Source: Auanema rhodensis
Lineage: Eukaryota > Animalia > Nematoda
Direction: 5' to 3'
DNA length: 64,000 nt
Assembly: GCA_964057225.1 (NCBI GenBank)
Contig: OZ059899.1
Span: forward strand, 10,478,001-10,542,000
Shown: positions 42,190 through 56,559 of the stretch, piece after piece
Layout: every line of letters begins with the position of its first letter
Position numbering within the stretch: the first letter of the stretch is position 1
Translations under genes and position numbers: made by a program
The notes under the pieces: generated by a model
Told to the model about the DNA's origin: nothing
The model's input: only the letters and a program-made list of their open reading frames with translations
Databases searched by the model: none

Positions 42190-43546
42190 TAAATTTTTTT
42201 CATTTCACTTGTCATTTACAAAAATCAAATTTATCTTCTTCAACGATTATTTTTGCAATGTGTCATAAAAATTTCACAGTTGAACAAAACGTTTTTTAAG
42301 AATTTTTTTTGTTGTCAACATATATATTTTCCTGGAATTCGAAAGCATTTGGGATGGAAATTAGAAAGAAAAGAACTAGTTTTTCCTATTTTAAAACAAA
42401 CAAAAAAAAATAAAATGAAAAAGATTGTTAGATATCCAATTTAAACTTATACATTTACTTCGATAAAGAGCCTATTAGTTTGAAATTTTATGTCTTACAG
42501 TTCTCCAACAGAACAGACTGATCCTGATTTCTCTATGATTATATAAAACTCTCGTTTGATATAAAAAAAGAAGAGGAATAACGTTTCCAGGATGTCAATG
42601 ATATCGAATCTAGTGATATTGTACAAAAATGTAATGTCAGCTCCATAGGTTTTCTCTTAATTTCTCTCATCACAATTGTATTAGTTTTTTTCTCATAAGA
42701 GTTTCTGAAATCTTAGGTGAACAAGGCCGTATATATTTTTTTCTGGAATTCGAAAGCATTTGGGATGGAAATTAGAAAGGAAAGAACTAGTTTTTCCTAC
42801 TTTAAAACAAACAATAAGAAATAAAATAAAAAAGATTGTTAGATATCTAATTTAAACTTATACATTTACTTCGATAAAGAGCCTATTAGTTTGAAATTTT
42901 ATGTCTTACAGTTCTCCAACAGAACAGACTGATCCTGATTTCTCTATGATTACATAAAACTCTCGTTTGATATAAAAAAAGAAGAGGAATAACGTTTCCA
43001 GGATGTCAATGATATCGAATCTAGTGATATTGTAGAAAAATGTAATGTCAGCTCCATAGGTTTTCTCTTAATTTCTCTCATCACAATTGTCTTAGTTTTT
43101 TTTCTCATTAGAGTTTCTGAAATCTTAGGTGAACAAGGCCGTATATATTTTTTTCTGGAATTCGGAAGCATTTGAGATGGACATTAGAAGGAAAAGAACT
43201 AGTTTTTCCTACTTTAAAACAAACAATAAGGAATAAAATAAAAAAGATTGTTAGATATCCAATTTAAACTTATACATTTACTTCGATAAAGAGCCTATTA
43301 GTTTGAAATTTTATGTCTTACAGTTCTCCAACAGAACAGACTGATCCTGATTTCTCTATGATTACATAAAACTCTCGTTTGATATACAAAAAGGAGAGGA
43401 ATAACGTTTCCAGGATGTCAATGATATCGAATCTAGTGATATTGTAGAAAAATGTAATGTCAGCTCCATAGGTTTTCTCTTAATTTCTCTCATCACAATA
43501 GTCTTAGTTTTTTTTCATAAGAGTTTCTGAAATCTTAGTTGAACAA

Positions 43547-43619
43547 GGCCGCGTGGCGCAATGGATAACGCGTCTGCCTACGGAGCAGAAGATTGTAGGT
43601 TCGAATCCTGCCGTGGTCG
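43547..43619 (+). tRNA. tRNA-Arg(ACG), canonical
   Basis: Identical to the 10209 copy. Confidence 0.96.
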
Positions 43620-46600
43620 TAAATTTTTTTCATTTCACTTGTCATTTACAAAAATCAAATTTATCTTCTTCAACGATTATTTTTGCAATGTGTCATAAAA
43701 ATTTCACAGTTGAACAAAACGTTTTTTAAGAATTTTTTTTGTTGTCAACATATATATTTTCCTGGAATTCGAAAGCATTTGGGATGGAAATTAGAAAGAA
43801 AAGAACTAGTTTTTCCTATTTTAAAACAAACAAAAAAAAATAAAATGAAAAAGATTGTTAGATATCCAATTTAAACTTATACATTTACTTCGATAAAGAG
43901 CCTATTAGTTTGAAATTTTATGTCTTACAGTTCTCCAACAGAACAGACTGATCCTGATTTCTCTATGATTATATAAAACTCTCGTTTGATATAAAAAAAG
44001 AAGAGGAATAACGTTTCCAGGATGTCAATGATATCGAATCTAGTGATATTGTACAAAAATGTAATGTCAGCTCCATAGGTTTTCTCTTAATTTCTCTCAT
44101 CACAATTGTCTTAGTTTTTTTCTCATAAGAGTTTCTGAAATCTTAGGTGAACAAGGCCGTATATATTTTTTTCTGGAATTCGAAAGCATTTGGGATGGAA
44201 ATTAGAAAGGAAAGAACTAGTTTTTCCTACTTTAAAACAAACAATAAGAAATAAAATAAAAAAGATTGTTAGATATCTAATTTAAACTTATACATTTACT
44301 TCGATAAAGAGCCTATTAGTTTGAAATTTTATGTCTTACAGTTCTCCAACAGAACAGACTGATCCTGATTTCTCTATGATTACATAAAACTCTCGTTTGA
44401 TAAAAAAAAAGAAGAGGAATAACGTTTCCAGGATGTCAATGATATCGAATCTAGTGATATTGTAGAAAAATGTAATGTCAGCTCCATAGGTTTTCTCTTA
44501 ATTTCTCTCATCACAATTGTCTTAGTTTTTTTTCTCATAAGAGTTTCTGAAATCTTAGGTGAACAAGGCCGTATATATTTTTTTCTGGAATTCGAAAACA
44601 TTTGGGATGGAAATTAGAAAGAAAAGAACTAGTTTTTCCTACTTCAAAACAAACAATAAGAAATAAAATAAAAAAGATTGTTAGATATCCGATTTAAACT
44701 TATACATTTACTTCGATAAAGAGCCTATTAGTTTGAAATTTTATGTCTTACAGTTCTCCAACAGAACAAACTGATCCTGATTTCTCTATGATTACATAAA
44801 ACTCTCGTTTGATATACAAAAAGGAGAGGAATAACGTTTCCAGGATATCAATGATATCGAATCTAGTGATATTGTAGAAAAATGTAATGTCAGCTTCATA
44901 GTTTTTCTCTTAATTTCTCTCATCACAATAGTCTTATTTTTTTTTCATAAGAGTTTCTGAAATCTTAGTTGAACAAGGCCGTATATATTTTTTTCTGGAA
45001 TTCGAAAGCATTTGGGATGGATATTAGAAGGAAAAGAACTAGTTTTTCCTACTTTAAAACAAACAATAAGAAATAAAATAAAAAAGATTGTTAGATATCC
45101 AATTTAAACTTATACATTTACTTCGATAAAGAGCCTATTAGTTTGAAATTTTATGTCTTACAGTTCTCCAACAGAACAGACTGATCCTGATTTCTCTATG
45201 ATTATATAAAACTCTCGTTTGATATAAAAAAAGAAGAGGAATAACGTTTCCAGGATGTCAATGATATCGAATCTAGTGATATTGTAGAAAAATGTAATGT
45301 CAGCTCCATAGGTTTTCTCTTAATTTCTCTCATCACAATTGTCTTAGTTTTTTTTCTCATAAGAGTTTCTGAAATCTTAGGTGAACAAGGCCGTATATAT
45401 TTTTTTCTGGAATTCGAAAGCATTTGGGATGGAAATTAGAAAGAAAAAAACTAGTTTTTCCTATTTTAAAACAAACAAAAAAAAATAAAATGAAAAAGAT
45501 TGTTAGATATCCAATTTAAACTTATACATTTACTTCGATAAAGAGCCTATTAGTTTGAAATTTTATGTCTTACAGTTCTCCAACAGAACAGACTGATCCT
45601 GATTTCTCTATGATTATATAAAACTCTCGTTTGATATAAAAAAAGAAGAGGAATAACGTTTCCAGGATGTCAATGATATCGAATCTAGTGATATTGTAGA
45701 AAAATGTAATGTCAGCTCCATAGGTTTTCTCTTAATTTCTCTCAACACAATTGTCTTAGTTTTTTTCTCATAAGAGTTTCTGAAATCTTAGGTGAACAAG
45801 GCCGTATATATTTTTTTCTGGAATTCGAAAGCATTTGGGATGGAAATTAGAAAGAAAAGAACTAGTTTTTCCTACTTTAAAACAAACAATAAGAAATAAA
45901 ATAAAAAAGATTGTTAGATATCCAATTTAAACTTATACATTTACTTCGATAAAGAGCCTATTAGTTTGAAATTTTATGTCTTACAGTTCTCCAACAGAAC
46001 AGACTGATCCTGATTTCTCTATGATTACATAAAACTCTCGTTTGATATAAAAAAAGAAGAGGAATAACGTTTCCAGGATGTCAATGATATCGAATCTAGT
46101 GATATTGTGAAAAAATGTAATGTCAGCTCCATAGGTTTTCTCTTGATTTCTCTCATCACAATTGTCTTAGTTTTTTTTCTCATAAGAGTTTCTGAAATCT
46201 TAGGTGAACAAGGCCGTATATATTTTTTTCTGGAATTCGAAAGCATTTGGGATGGAAATTAGAAAGAAAAGAACTAGTTTTTCCTACTTTAAAACAAACA
46301 ATAAGAAATAAAATAAAAAAGATTGTTAGATATCCAATTTAAACTTATACATTTACTTCGATAAAGAGCCTATTAGTTTCAAATTTTATGTCTTACAGTT
46401 CTCCAACAGAACAGACTGATCCTGAATTCTCTATGATTATATAAAACTCTCGTTTGATATAAAAAAAGAAGAGGAATAACGTTTCCAGGATGTCAATGAT
46501 ATCGAATCTAGTGATATTGTAGAAAAATGTAATGTCAGCTCCATAGGTTTTCTCTTAATTTCTCTCATCACAATTGTCTTAGTTTTTTTTCTCATAAGAG

Positions 46601-49600
46601 TTTCTGAAATCTTAGGTGAACAAGGCCGTATATATTTTTTTCTGGAATTCGAAAGCATTTGGGATGGAAATTAGAAAGAAAAGAACTAGTTTTTCCTATT
46701 TTAAAACAAACAAAAAAAAATAAAATGAAAAAGATTGTTAGATATCCAATTTAAACTTATACATTTACTTCGATAAAGAGCCTATTAGTTTGAAATTTTA
46801 TGTCTTACAGTTCTCCAACAGAACAGACTGATCCTGATTTCTCTATGATTACATAAAACTCTCGTTTGATATAAAAAAAGAAGAGGAATAACGTTTCCAG
46901 GATGTCAATGATATCGAATCTAGTGATATTGTAGAAAAATGTAATGTCAGCTTCATAGTTTTTCTCTTAATTTCTCTCATCACAATAGTCTTATTTTTTT
47001 TTCATAAGAGTTTCTGAAATCTTAGTTGAACAAGGCCGTATATATTTTTTTCTGGAATTCGAAAGCATTTGGGATGGATATTAGAAGGAAAAGAACTAGT
47101 TTTTCCTACTTTAAAACAAACAATAAGAAATAAAATAAAAAAGATTGTTAGATATCCAATTTAAACTTATACATTTACTTCGATAAAGAGCCTATTAGTT
47201 TGAAATTTTATGTCTTACAGTTCTCCAACAGAACAGACTGATCCTGATTTCTCTATGATTATATAAAACTCTCGTTTGATATAAAAAAAGAAGAGGAATA
47301 ACGTTTCCAGGATGTCAATGATATCGAATCTAGTGATATTGTAGAAAAATGTAATGTCAGCTCCATAGGTTTTCTCTTAATTTCTCTCATCACAATTGTC
47401 TTAGTTTTTTTTCTCATAAGAGTTTCTGAAATCTTAGGTGAACAAGGCCGTATATATTTTTTTCTGGAATTCGAAAGCATTTGGGATGGAAATTAGAAAG
47501 AAAAAAACTAGTTTTTCCTATTTTAAAACAAACAAAAAAAAATAAAATGAAAAAGATTGTTAGATATCCAATTTAAACTTATACATTTACTTCGATAAAG
47601 AGCCTATTAGTTTGAAATTTTATGTCTTACAGTTCTCCAACAGAACAGACTGATCCTGATTTCTCTATGATTATATAAAACTCTCGTTTGATATAAAAAA
47701 AGAAGAGGAATAACGTTTCCAGGATGTCAATGATATCGAATCTAGTGATATTGTAGAAAAATGTAATGTCAGCTCCATAGGTTTTCTCTTAATTTCTCTC
47801 ATCACAATTGTCTTAGTTTTTTTTCTCATAAGAGTTTCTGAAATCTTAGTTGAACAAGGCCGTATATATTTTTTTCTGGAATTCGAAAGCATTTGGGATG
47901 GATATTAGAAGGAAAAGAACTAGTTTTTCCTACTTTAAAACAAACAATAAGAAATAAAATAAAAAAGATTGTTAGATATCCAATTTAAACTTATACATTT
48001 ACTTCGATAAAGAGCCTATTAGTTTGAAATTTTATGTCTTACAGTTCTCCAACAGAACAGACTGATCCTGATTTCTCTATGATTATATAAAACTCTCGTT
48101 TGATATTAAAAAAGAAGAGGAATAACGTTTCCAGGATGTCAATGATATCGAATCTAGTGATATTGTAGAAAAATGTAATGTCAGCTCCATAGGTTTTCTC
48201 TTAATTTCTCTCATCACAATTGTCTTAGTTTTTTTTCTCATAAGAGTTTCTGAAATCTTAGGTGAACAAGGCCGTATATATTTTTTTCTGGAATTCGAAA
48301 GCATTTGGGATGGAAATTAGAAAGAAAAAAACTAGTTTTTCCTATTTTAAAACAAACAAAAAAAAATAAAATGAAAAAGATTGTTAGATATCCAATTTAA
48401 ACTTATACATTTACTTCGATAAAGAGCCTATTAGTTTGAAATTTTATGTCTTACAGTTCTCCAACAGAACAGACTGATCCTGATTTCTCTATGATTATAT
48501 AAAACTCTCGTTTGATATAAAAAAAGAAGAGGAATAACGTTTCCAGGATGTCAATGATATCGAATCTAGTGATATTGTAGAAAAATGTAATGTCAGCTCC
48601 ATAGGTTTTCTCTTAATTTCTCTCAACACAATTGTCTTAGTTTTTTTCTCATAAGAGTTTCTGAAATCTTAGGTGAACAAGGCCGTATATATTTTTTTCT
48701 GGAATTCGAAAGCATTTGGGATGGAAATTAGAAAGAAAAGAACTAGTTTTTCCTACTTTAAAACAAACAATAAGAAATAAAATAAAAAAGATTGTTAGAT
48801 ATCCAATTTAAACTTATACATTTACTTCGATAAAGAGCCTATTAGTTTGAAATTTTATGTCTTACAGTTCTCCAACAGAACAGACTGATCCTGATTTCTC
48901 TATGATTACATAAAACTCTCGTTTGATATAAAAAAAGAAGAGGAATAACGTTTCCAGGATGTCAATGATATCGAATCTAGTGATATTGTGAAAAAATGTA
49001 ATGTCAGCTCCATAGGTTTTCTCTTGATTTCTCTCATCACAATTGTCTTAGTTTTTTTTCTCATAAGAGTTTCTGAAATCTTAGGTGAACAAGGCCGTAT
49101 ATATTTTTTTCTGGAATTCGAAAGCATTTGGGATGGAAATTAGAAAGAAAAGAACTAGTTTTTCCTACTTTAAAACAAACAATAAGAAATAAAATAAAAA
49201 AGATTGTTAGATATCCAATTTAAACTTATACATTTACTTCGATAAAGAGCCTATTAGTTTCAAATTTTATGTCTTACAGTTCTCCAACAGAACAGACTGA
49301 TCCTGAATTCTCTATGATTATATAAAACTCTCGTTTGATATAAAAAAAGAAGAGGAATAACGTTTCCAGGATGTCAATGATATCGAATCTAGTGATATTG
49401 TAGAAAAATGTAATGTCAGCTGCATAGGTTTTCTCTTAATTTCTCTCATCACAATTGTCTTAGTTTTTTTTCTCATAAGAGTTTCTGAAATCTTAGGTGA
49501 ACAAAGCCGTATATATTTTTTTCTGGAATTCGAAAGCATTTGGGATGGATATTAGAAGGAAAAGAACTAGTTTTTCCTACTTTAAAACAAACAATAAGAA

Positions 49601-50737
49601 ATAAAATAAAAAAGATTGTTAGATATCCAATTTAAACTTATACATTTACTTTGATAAAGAGCCTATTAGTTTGAAATTTTATGTCTTACAGTTCTCCAAC
49701 AGAACAGACTGATCCTGATTTCCCTATGATTACATAAAACTCTCGTTTGATATAAAAAAAGAAGAGGAATAACGTTTCCAGGATGTCAATGATATCGAAT
49801 CTAGTGATATTGTAGAAAAATGTAATGTCAGCTCCATAGGTTTTCTCTTAATTTCTCTCATCACAATTGTCTTAGTTTTTTTTCTCATTAGAGTTTCTGA
49901 AATCTTAGGTGAACAAGGCCGTATATATTTTTTTCTGGAATTCGAAAGCATTTGGGATGGACATTAGAAGAAAAAGAACTAGTTTTTCCTACTTTAAAAC
50001 AAACAAAAAAAAATTAAATGAAAAAGATTGTTAGATATCCAATTTAAACTTATACATTTACTTCGATAAAGAGCCTATTAGTTTGAAATTTTATGTCTTA
50101 CAGTTCTCCAACAGAACAGACTGATCCTGATTTCTCTATGATTACATAAAACTCTCGTTTGATATAAAAAAAGAAGAGGAATAACGTTTCCAGGATGTCA
50201 ATGATATCGAATCTAGTGTTATTGTAAAAAAATGTAATGTCAGCTCCATAAGTTTTCTCTTAATTTCTCTCATCACAATTGTCTTAGTTTTTTTCTCATA
50301 AGAGTTTCTGAAATCTTAGGTGAACAAGGCCGTATATATTTTTTTCTGGAATTCGAAAGCATTTGGGATGGAAATTAGAAAGAAAAGAACTAGTTTTTCC
50401 TACTTTAAAACAAACAATAAGAAATAAAATAAAAAAGATTGTTAGATATCCAATTTAAACTTATACATTTACTTCGATAAAGAGCCTATTAGTTTGAAAT
50501 TTTATGTCTTACAGTTCTCCAACAGAACAGACTGATCCTGATTTCTCTATGATTACATAAAACTCTCGTTTGATATACAAAAAGGAGAGGAATAACGTTT
50601 CCAGGATATCAATGATATCGAATCTAGTGATATTGTAGAAAAATGTAATGTCAGCTCCATAGTTTTTCTCTAAATTTCTCTCATCACAATAGTCTTATTT
50701 TTTTTTCATAAGAGTTTCTGAAATCTTAGTTGAACAA

Positions 50738-50810
50738 GGCCGCGTGGCGCAATGGATAACGCGTCTGCCTATGGAGCAGAAGATTGTAGGTTCGAATCCT
50801 GCCGTGGTCG
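50738..50810 (+). tRNA. Arg-body tRNA with ATG anticodon (nominal tRNA-His(ATG)); C35T mutant of tRNA-Arg(ACG)
   Basis: Loop CT-ATG-GA, anticodon at 50771-50773; the rest is identical to canonical. Confidence 0.85.
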
Positions 50811-52168
50811 TAAATTTTTTTCATTTGACTTGTCATTTACAAAAATCAAATTTATCTTCTTCAACGATTATTTTTGCAATGTGTCATAAAAATTTCACAG
50901 TTGAACAAAACGTTTTTTAAGAATTTTTTTTGTTGTCAACATATATATTTTCCTGGAATTCGAAAGCATTTGGGATGGAAATTAGAAAGAAAAGAACTAG
51001 TTTTTCCTATTTTAAAACAAACAAAAAAAAATAAAATGAAAAAGATTGTTAGATATCCAATTTAAACTTATACATTTACTTCGATAAAGAGCCTATTAGT
51101 TTGAAATTTTATGTCTTACAGTTCTCCAACAGAACAGACTGATCCTGATTTCTCTATGATTACATAAAACTCTCGTTTGATATACAAAAAGGAGAGGAAT
51201 AACGTTTCCAGGATGTCAATGATATCGAATCTAGTGATATTGTAGAAAAATGTAATGTCAGCTCCATAGGTTTTCTCTTAATTTCTCTCATCACAATTGT
51301 CTTAGTTTTTTTTCTCATAAGAGTTTCTGAAATCTTAGGTGAACAAGGCCGTATATATTTTTTTCTGGAATTCGAAAACATTTGGGATGGAAATTAGAAG
51401 GAAAAGAACTAGTTTTTCCTACTTTAAAACAAACAATAAGAAATAAAATAAAAAAGATTGTTAGATATCCAATTTAAACTTATACATTTACTTTGATAAA
51501 GAGCCTATTAGTTTGAAATTTTATGTCTTACAGTTCTCCAACAGAACAGACTGATCCTGATTTCTCTATGATTACATAAAACTCTCGTTTGATATACAAA
51601 AAGGAGAGGAATAACGTTTCCAGGATATCAATGATATCGAATCTAGTGATATTGTAGAAAAATGTAATGTCAGCTCCATAGGTTTTCTCTTAATTTCTCT
51701 CATCACAATTGTCTTAGTTTTTTTTCTCATAAGAGTTTCTGAAATCTTAGGTGAACAAGGCCGTATATATTTTTTTCTGGAATTCGAAAACATTTGGGAT
51801 GGAAATTAGAAGGAAAAGAACTAGTTTTTCCTACTTTAAAACAAACAATAAGAAATAAAATAAAAAAGATTGTTAGATATCCAATTTAAACTTATACATT
51901 TACTTTGATAAAGAGCCTATTAGTTTGAAATTTTATGTCTTACAGTTCTCCAACAGAACAGACTGATCCTGATTTCTCTATGATTACATAAAACTCTCGT
52001 TTGATATAAAAAAAGAAGAGGAATAACGTTTCCAGGATGTCAATGATATCGAATCTAGTGATATTGTAGAAAAATGTAATGTCAGCTCCATAGGTTTTCT
52101 CTTAATTTCTCTCATCACAATAGTCTTATTTTTTTTTCATAAGAGTTTCTGAAATCTTAGTTGAACAA

Positions 52169-52241
52169 GGCCGCGTGGCGCAATGGATAACGCGTCTGCC
52201 TACGGAGCAGAAGATTGTAGGTTCGAATCCTGCCGTGGTCG
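52169..52241 (+). tRNA. tRNA-Arg(ACG), canonical
   Basis: Identical to the 10209 copy; T8 terminator haplotype. Confidence 0.96.
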
Positions 52242-55200
52242 TAAATTTTTTTTATTTCACTTGTCATTTACAAAAATTAAATTTATCTTCTTCAACGATT
52301 ATTTTTGCAATGTGTCATAAAAATTTCACAGTTGAACAAAAAGTTTTTTGAGAATTTTTTTTGTTGTCAACATATATATTTTCCTGGAATTCGAAAGCAT
52401 TTGGGATGGAAATTAGAAAGAAAAGAACTAGTTTTTCCTATTTTAAAACAAACAAAAAAAAATAAAATGAAAAAGATTGTTAGATATCCAATTTAAACTT
52501 ATACATTTACTTCGATAAAGAGCCTATTAGTTTGAAATTTTATGTCTTACAGTTTTCCAACAGAACAAACTGATCCTGATTTCTCTATGATTACATAAAA
52601 TTCTCGTTTGATATAAAAAAAGAAGAGGAATAACGTTTCCAGGATGTCAATGATATCGAATCTAGTGATATTGTAAAAAAATGTAATGTCAGCTCTATAG
52701 GTTTTCTCTTAATTTCTCTCATCACAATTGTCTTAGTTTTTTTTCTCATAAGAGTTTCTGAAATCTTAGGTGAACAAGGCCGTATATATTTTTTTCTGGA
52801 ATTCGAAAGCATTTGGGATGGAAATTAGAAAGAAAAGAACTAGTTTTTCCTACTTTAAAACGAACAATAAGAAATAAAATAAAAAAGATTGTTAGATATC
52901 CAATTTAAACTTATACATTTACTTCGATAAAGAGCCTATTAGTTTGAAATTTTATGTCTTACAGTTCACCAACAGAACAGACTGATCCTGATTTCTCTAT
53001 GATTACATAAAACTCTCGTTTGATATACAAAAAGGAGAGGAATAACGTTTCCAGGATATCAATGATATCGAATCTAGTGATATTGTAGAAAAATGTAATG
53101 TCAGCTCCATAGTTTTTCTCTAAATTTCTCTCATCACAATTGTCTTAGTTTTTTTTCTCATAAGAGTTTCTGAAATCTTAGGTGAACAAAGCCGTATATA
53201 TTTTTTTCTGGAATTCGAAAGCATTTGGGATGGAAATTAGAAAGAAAAGAACTAGTTTTTCCTACTTTAAAACAAACAATAAGAAATAAAATAAAAAAGA
53301 TTGTTAGATATCCAATTTAAACTTATACATTTACTTCGATAAAGAGCCTATTAGTTTCAAATTTTATGTCTTACAGTTCTCCAACAGAACAGACTGATCC
53401 TGAATTCTCTATGATTATATAAAACTCTCGTTTGATATAAAAAAAGAAGAGGAATAACGTTTCCAGGATGTCAATGATATCGAATCTAGTGATATTGTAG
53501 AAAAATGTAATGTCAGCTCCATAGGTTTTCTCTTAATTTCTCTCATCACAATTGTCTTAGTTTTTTTATTTCTCATAAGAGTTTCTGAAATCTTAGGTGA
53601 ACAAAGCCGTATATATTTTTTTCTGGAATTCGAAAGCATTTGGGATGGATATTAGAAGGAAAAGAACTAGTTTTTCCTACTTTAAAACAAACAATAAGAA
53701 ATAAAATAAAAAAGATTGTTAGATATCCAATTTAAACTTATACATTTATTTTGATAAAGAGCCTATTAGTTTGAAATTTTATGTCTTACAGTTCTCCAAC
53801 AGAACAGACTGATCCTGATTTCTCTATGATTACATAAAACTCTCGTTTGATATAAAAAAAGAAGAGGAATAACGTTTCCAGGATGTCAATGATATCGAAT
53901 CTAGTGATATTGTAGAAAAATGTAATGTCAGCTCCATAGGTTTTCTCTTAATTTCTCTCATCACAATTGTCTTAGTTTTTTTTCTCATTAGAGTTTCTGA
54001 AATCTTAGGTGAACAAGGCCGTATATATTTTTTTCTGGAATTCGAAAGCATTTGGGATGGACATTAGAAGAAAAAGAACTAGTTTTTCCTACTTTAAAAC
54101 AAACAAAAAAAAATAAAATGAAAAAGATTGTTAGATATCCAATTTAAACTTATACATTTACTTCGATAAAGAGCCTATTAGTTTCAAATTTTATGTCTTA
54201 CAGTTCTCCAACAGAACAGACTGATCCTGAATTCTCTATGATTATATAAAACTCTCGTTTGATATAAAAAAAGAAGAGGAATAACGTTTCCAGGATGTCA
54301 ATGATATCGAATCTAGTGATATTGTAGAAAAATGTAATGTCAGCTCCATAGGTTTTCTCTTAATTTCTCTCATCACAATTGTCTTAGTTTTTTTTCTCAT
54401 AAGAGTTTCTGAAATCTTAGGTGAACAAAGCCGTATATATTTTTTTCTGGAATTCGAAAGCATTTGGGATGGATATTAGAAGGAAAAGAACTAGTTTTTC
54501 CTACTTTAAAACAAACAATAAGAAATAAAATAAAAAAGATTGTTAGATATCCAATTTAAACTTATACATTTACTTTGATAAAGAGCCTATTAGTTTGAAA
54601 TTTTATGTCTTACAGTTCTCCAACAGAACAGACTGATCCTGATTTCTCTATGATTACATAAAACTCTCGTTTGATATGAAAAAAGAAGAGGAATAACGTT
54701 TCCATGATGTCAATGATATCGAATCTAGTGATATTGTAGAAAAATGTAATGTCAGCTCCATAGGTTTTCTCTTAATTTCTCTCATCACAATTGTCTTAGT
54801 TTTTTTTCTCATTAGAGTTTCTGAAATCTTAGGTGAACAAGGCCGTATATATTTTTTTCTGGAATTCGAAAGCATTTGGGATGGACATTAGAAGAAAAAG
54901 AACTAGTTTTTCCTACTTTAAAACAAACAAAAAAAAATAAAATGAAAAAGATTGTTAGATATCCAATTTAAACTTATACATTTACTTCGATAAAGAGCCT
55001 ATTAGTTTGAAATTTTATGTCTTACAGTTCTCCAACAGAACAGACTGATCCTGATTTCTCTATGATTACATAAAACTCTCGTTTGATATGAAAAAAGAAG
55101 AGGAATAACGTTTCCAGGATGTCAATGATATCGAATCTAGTGATATTGTAGAAAAATGTAATGTCAGCTCCATAGGTTTTCTCTTAATTTCTCTCATCAC

Positions 55201-56486
55201 AATTGTCTTAGTTTTTTTTCTCATAAGAGTTTCTGAAATCTTAGGTGAACAAGGCCGTATATATTTTTTTCTGGAATTCGAAAGCATTTGGGATGGAAAT
55301 TAGAAAGAAAAGAACTAGTTTTTCCTACTTTAAAACAAACAATAAGAAATAAAATAAAAAAGATTGTTAGATATCCAATTTAAACTTATACATTTACTTC
55401 GATAAAGAGCCTATTAGTTTGAAATTTTATGTCTTACAGTTCTCCAACAGAACAGACTGATCCTGATTTCTCTATGATTACATAAAACTCTCGTTTGATA
55501 TACAAAAAGAAGAGGAATAACGTTTCCAGGATGTCAATGATATCGAATCTAGTGATATTGTAGAAAAATGTAATGTCAGCTCCATAGGTTTTCTCTTAAT
55601 TTCTCTCATCACAATTGTCTTAGTTTTTTTTCTCATTAGAGTTTCTGAAATCTTAGGTGAACAAGGCCGTATATATTTTTTTCTGGAATTCGAAAGCATT
55701 TGGGATGGACATTAGAAGAAAAAGAACTAGTTTTTCCTACTTTAAAACAAACAAAAAAAAATAAAATGAAAAAGATTGTTAGATATCCAATTTAAACTTA
55801 TACATTTACTTCGATAAAGAGCCTATTAGTTTGAAATTTTATGTCTTACAGTTCTCCAACAGAACAGACTGATCCTGATTTCTCTATGATTACATAAAAC
55901 TCTCGTTTGATATGAAAAAAGAAGAGGAATAACGTTTCCAGGATGTCAATGATATCGAATCTAGTGATATTGTAGAAAAATGTAATGTCAGCTCCATAGG
56001 TTTTCTCTTAATTTCTCTCATCACAATTGTCTTAGTTTTTTTTCTCATAAGAGTTTCTGAAATCTTAGGTGAACAAGGCCGTATATATTTTTTTCTGGAA
56101 TTCGAAAGCATTTGGGATGGAAATTAGAAAGAAAAGAACTAGTTTTTCCTACTTTAAAACAAACAATAAGAAATAAAATAAAAAAGATTGTTAGATATCC
56201 AATTTAAACTTATACATTTACTTCGATAAAGAGCCTATTAGTTTGAAATTTTTTGTCTTACAGTTCTCCAACAGAACAGACTGATCCTGATTTCTCTATG
56301 ATTACATAAAACTCTTGTTTGATATACAAAAAGGAGAGGAATGACGTTTCCAGGATATCAATGATATCGAATCTAGTGATATTGTAGAAAAATGTAATGT
56401 CAGCTCCATAGTTTTTCTCTAAATTTCTCTCATCACAATAGTCTTATTTTTTTTTCATGAGAGTTTCTGAAATCTTAGTTGAACAA

Positions 56487-56559
56487 GGCCGCGTGGCGCA
56501 ATGGATAACGCGTCTGCCTATGGAGCAGAAGATTGTAGGTTCGAATCCTGCCGTGGTCG
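56487..56559 (+). tRNA. Arg-body tRNA with ATG anticodon (nominal tRNA-His(ATG)); C35T mutant of tRNA-Arg(ACG)
   Basis: Loop CT-ATG-GA, anticodon at 56520-56522; the rest is identical to canonical. Confidence 0.85.

Noticed and set aside
5841-56521. CpG>TpG changes (TTCGATA>TTTGATA, ACG>ATG, CTCGTT>CTTGTT) as evidence of DNA methylation
   Set aside because: There are too few independent events, and most CpGs, including those in the tRNA, are intact.
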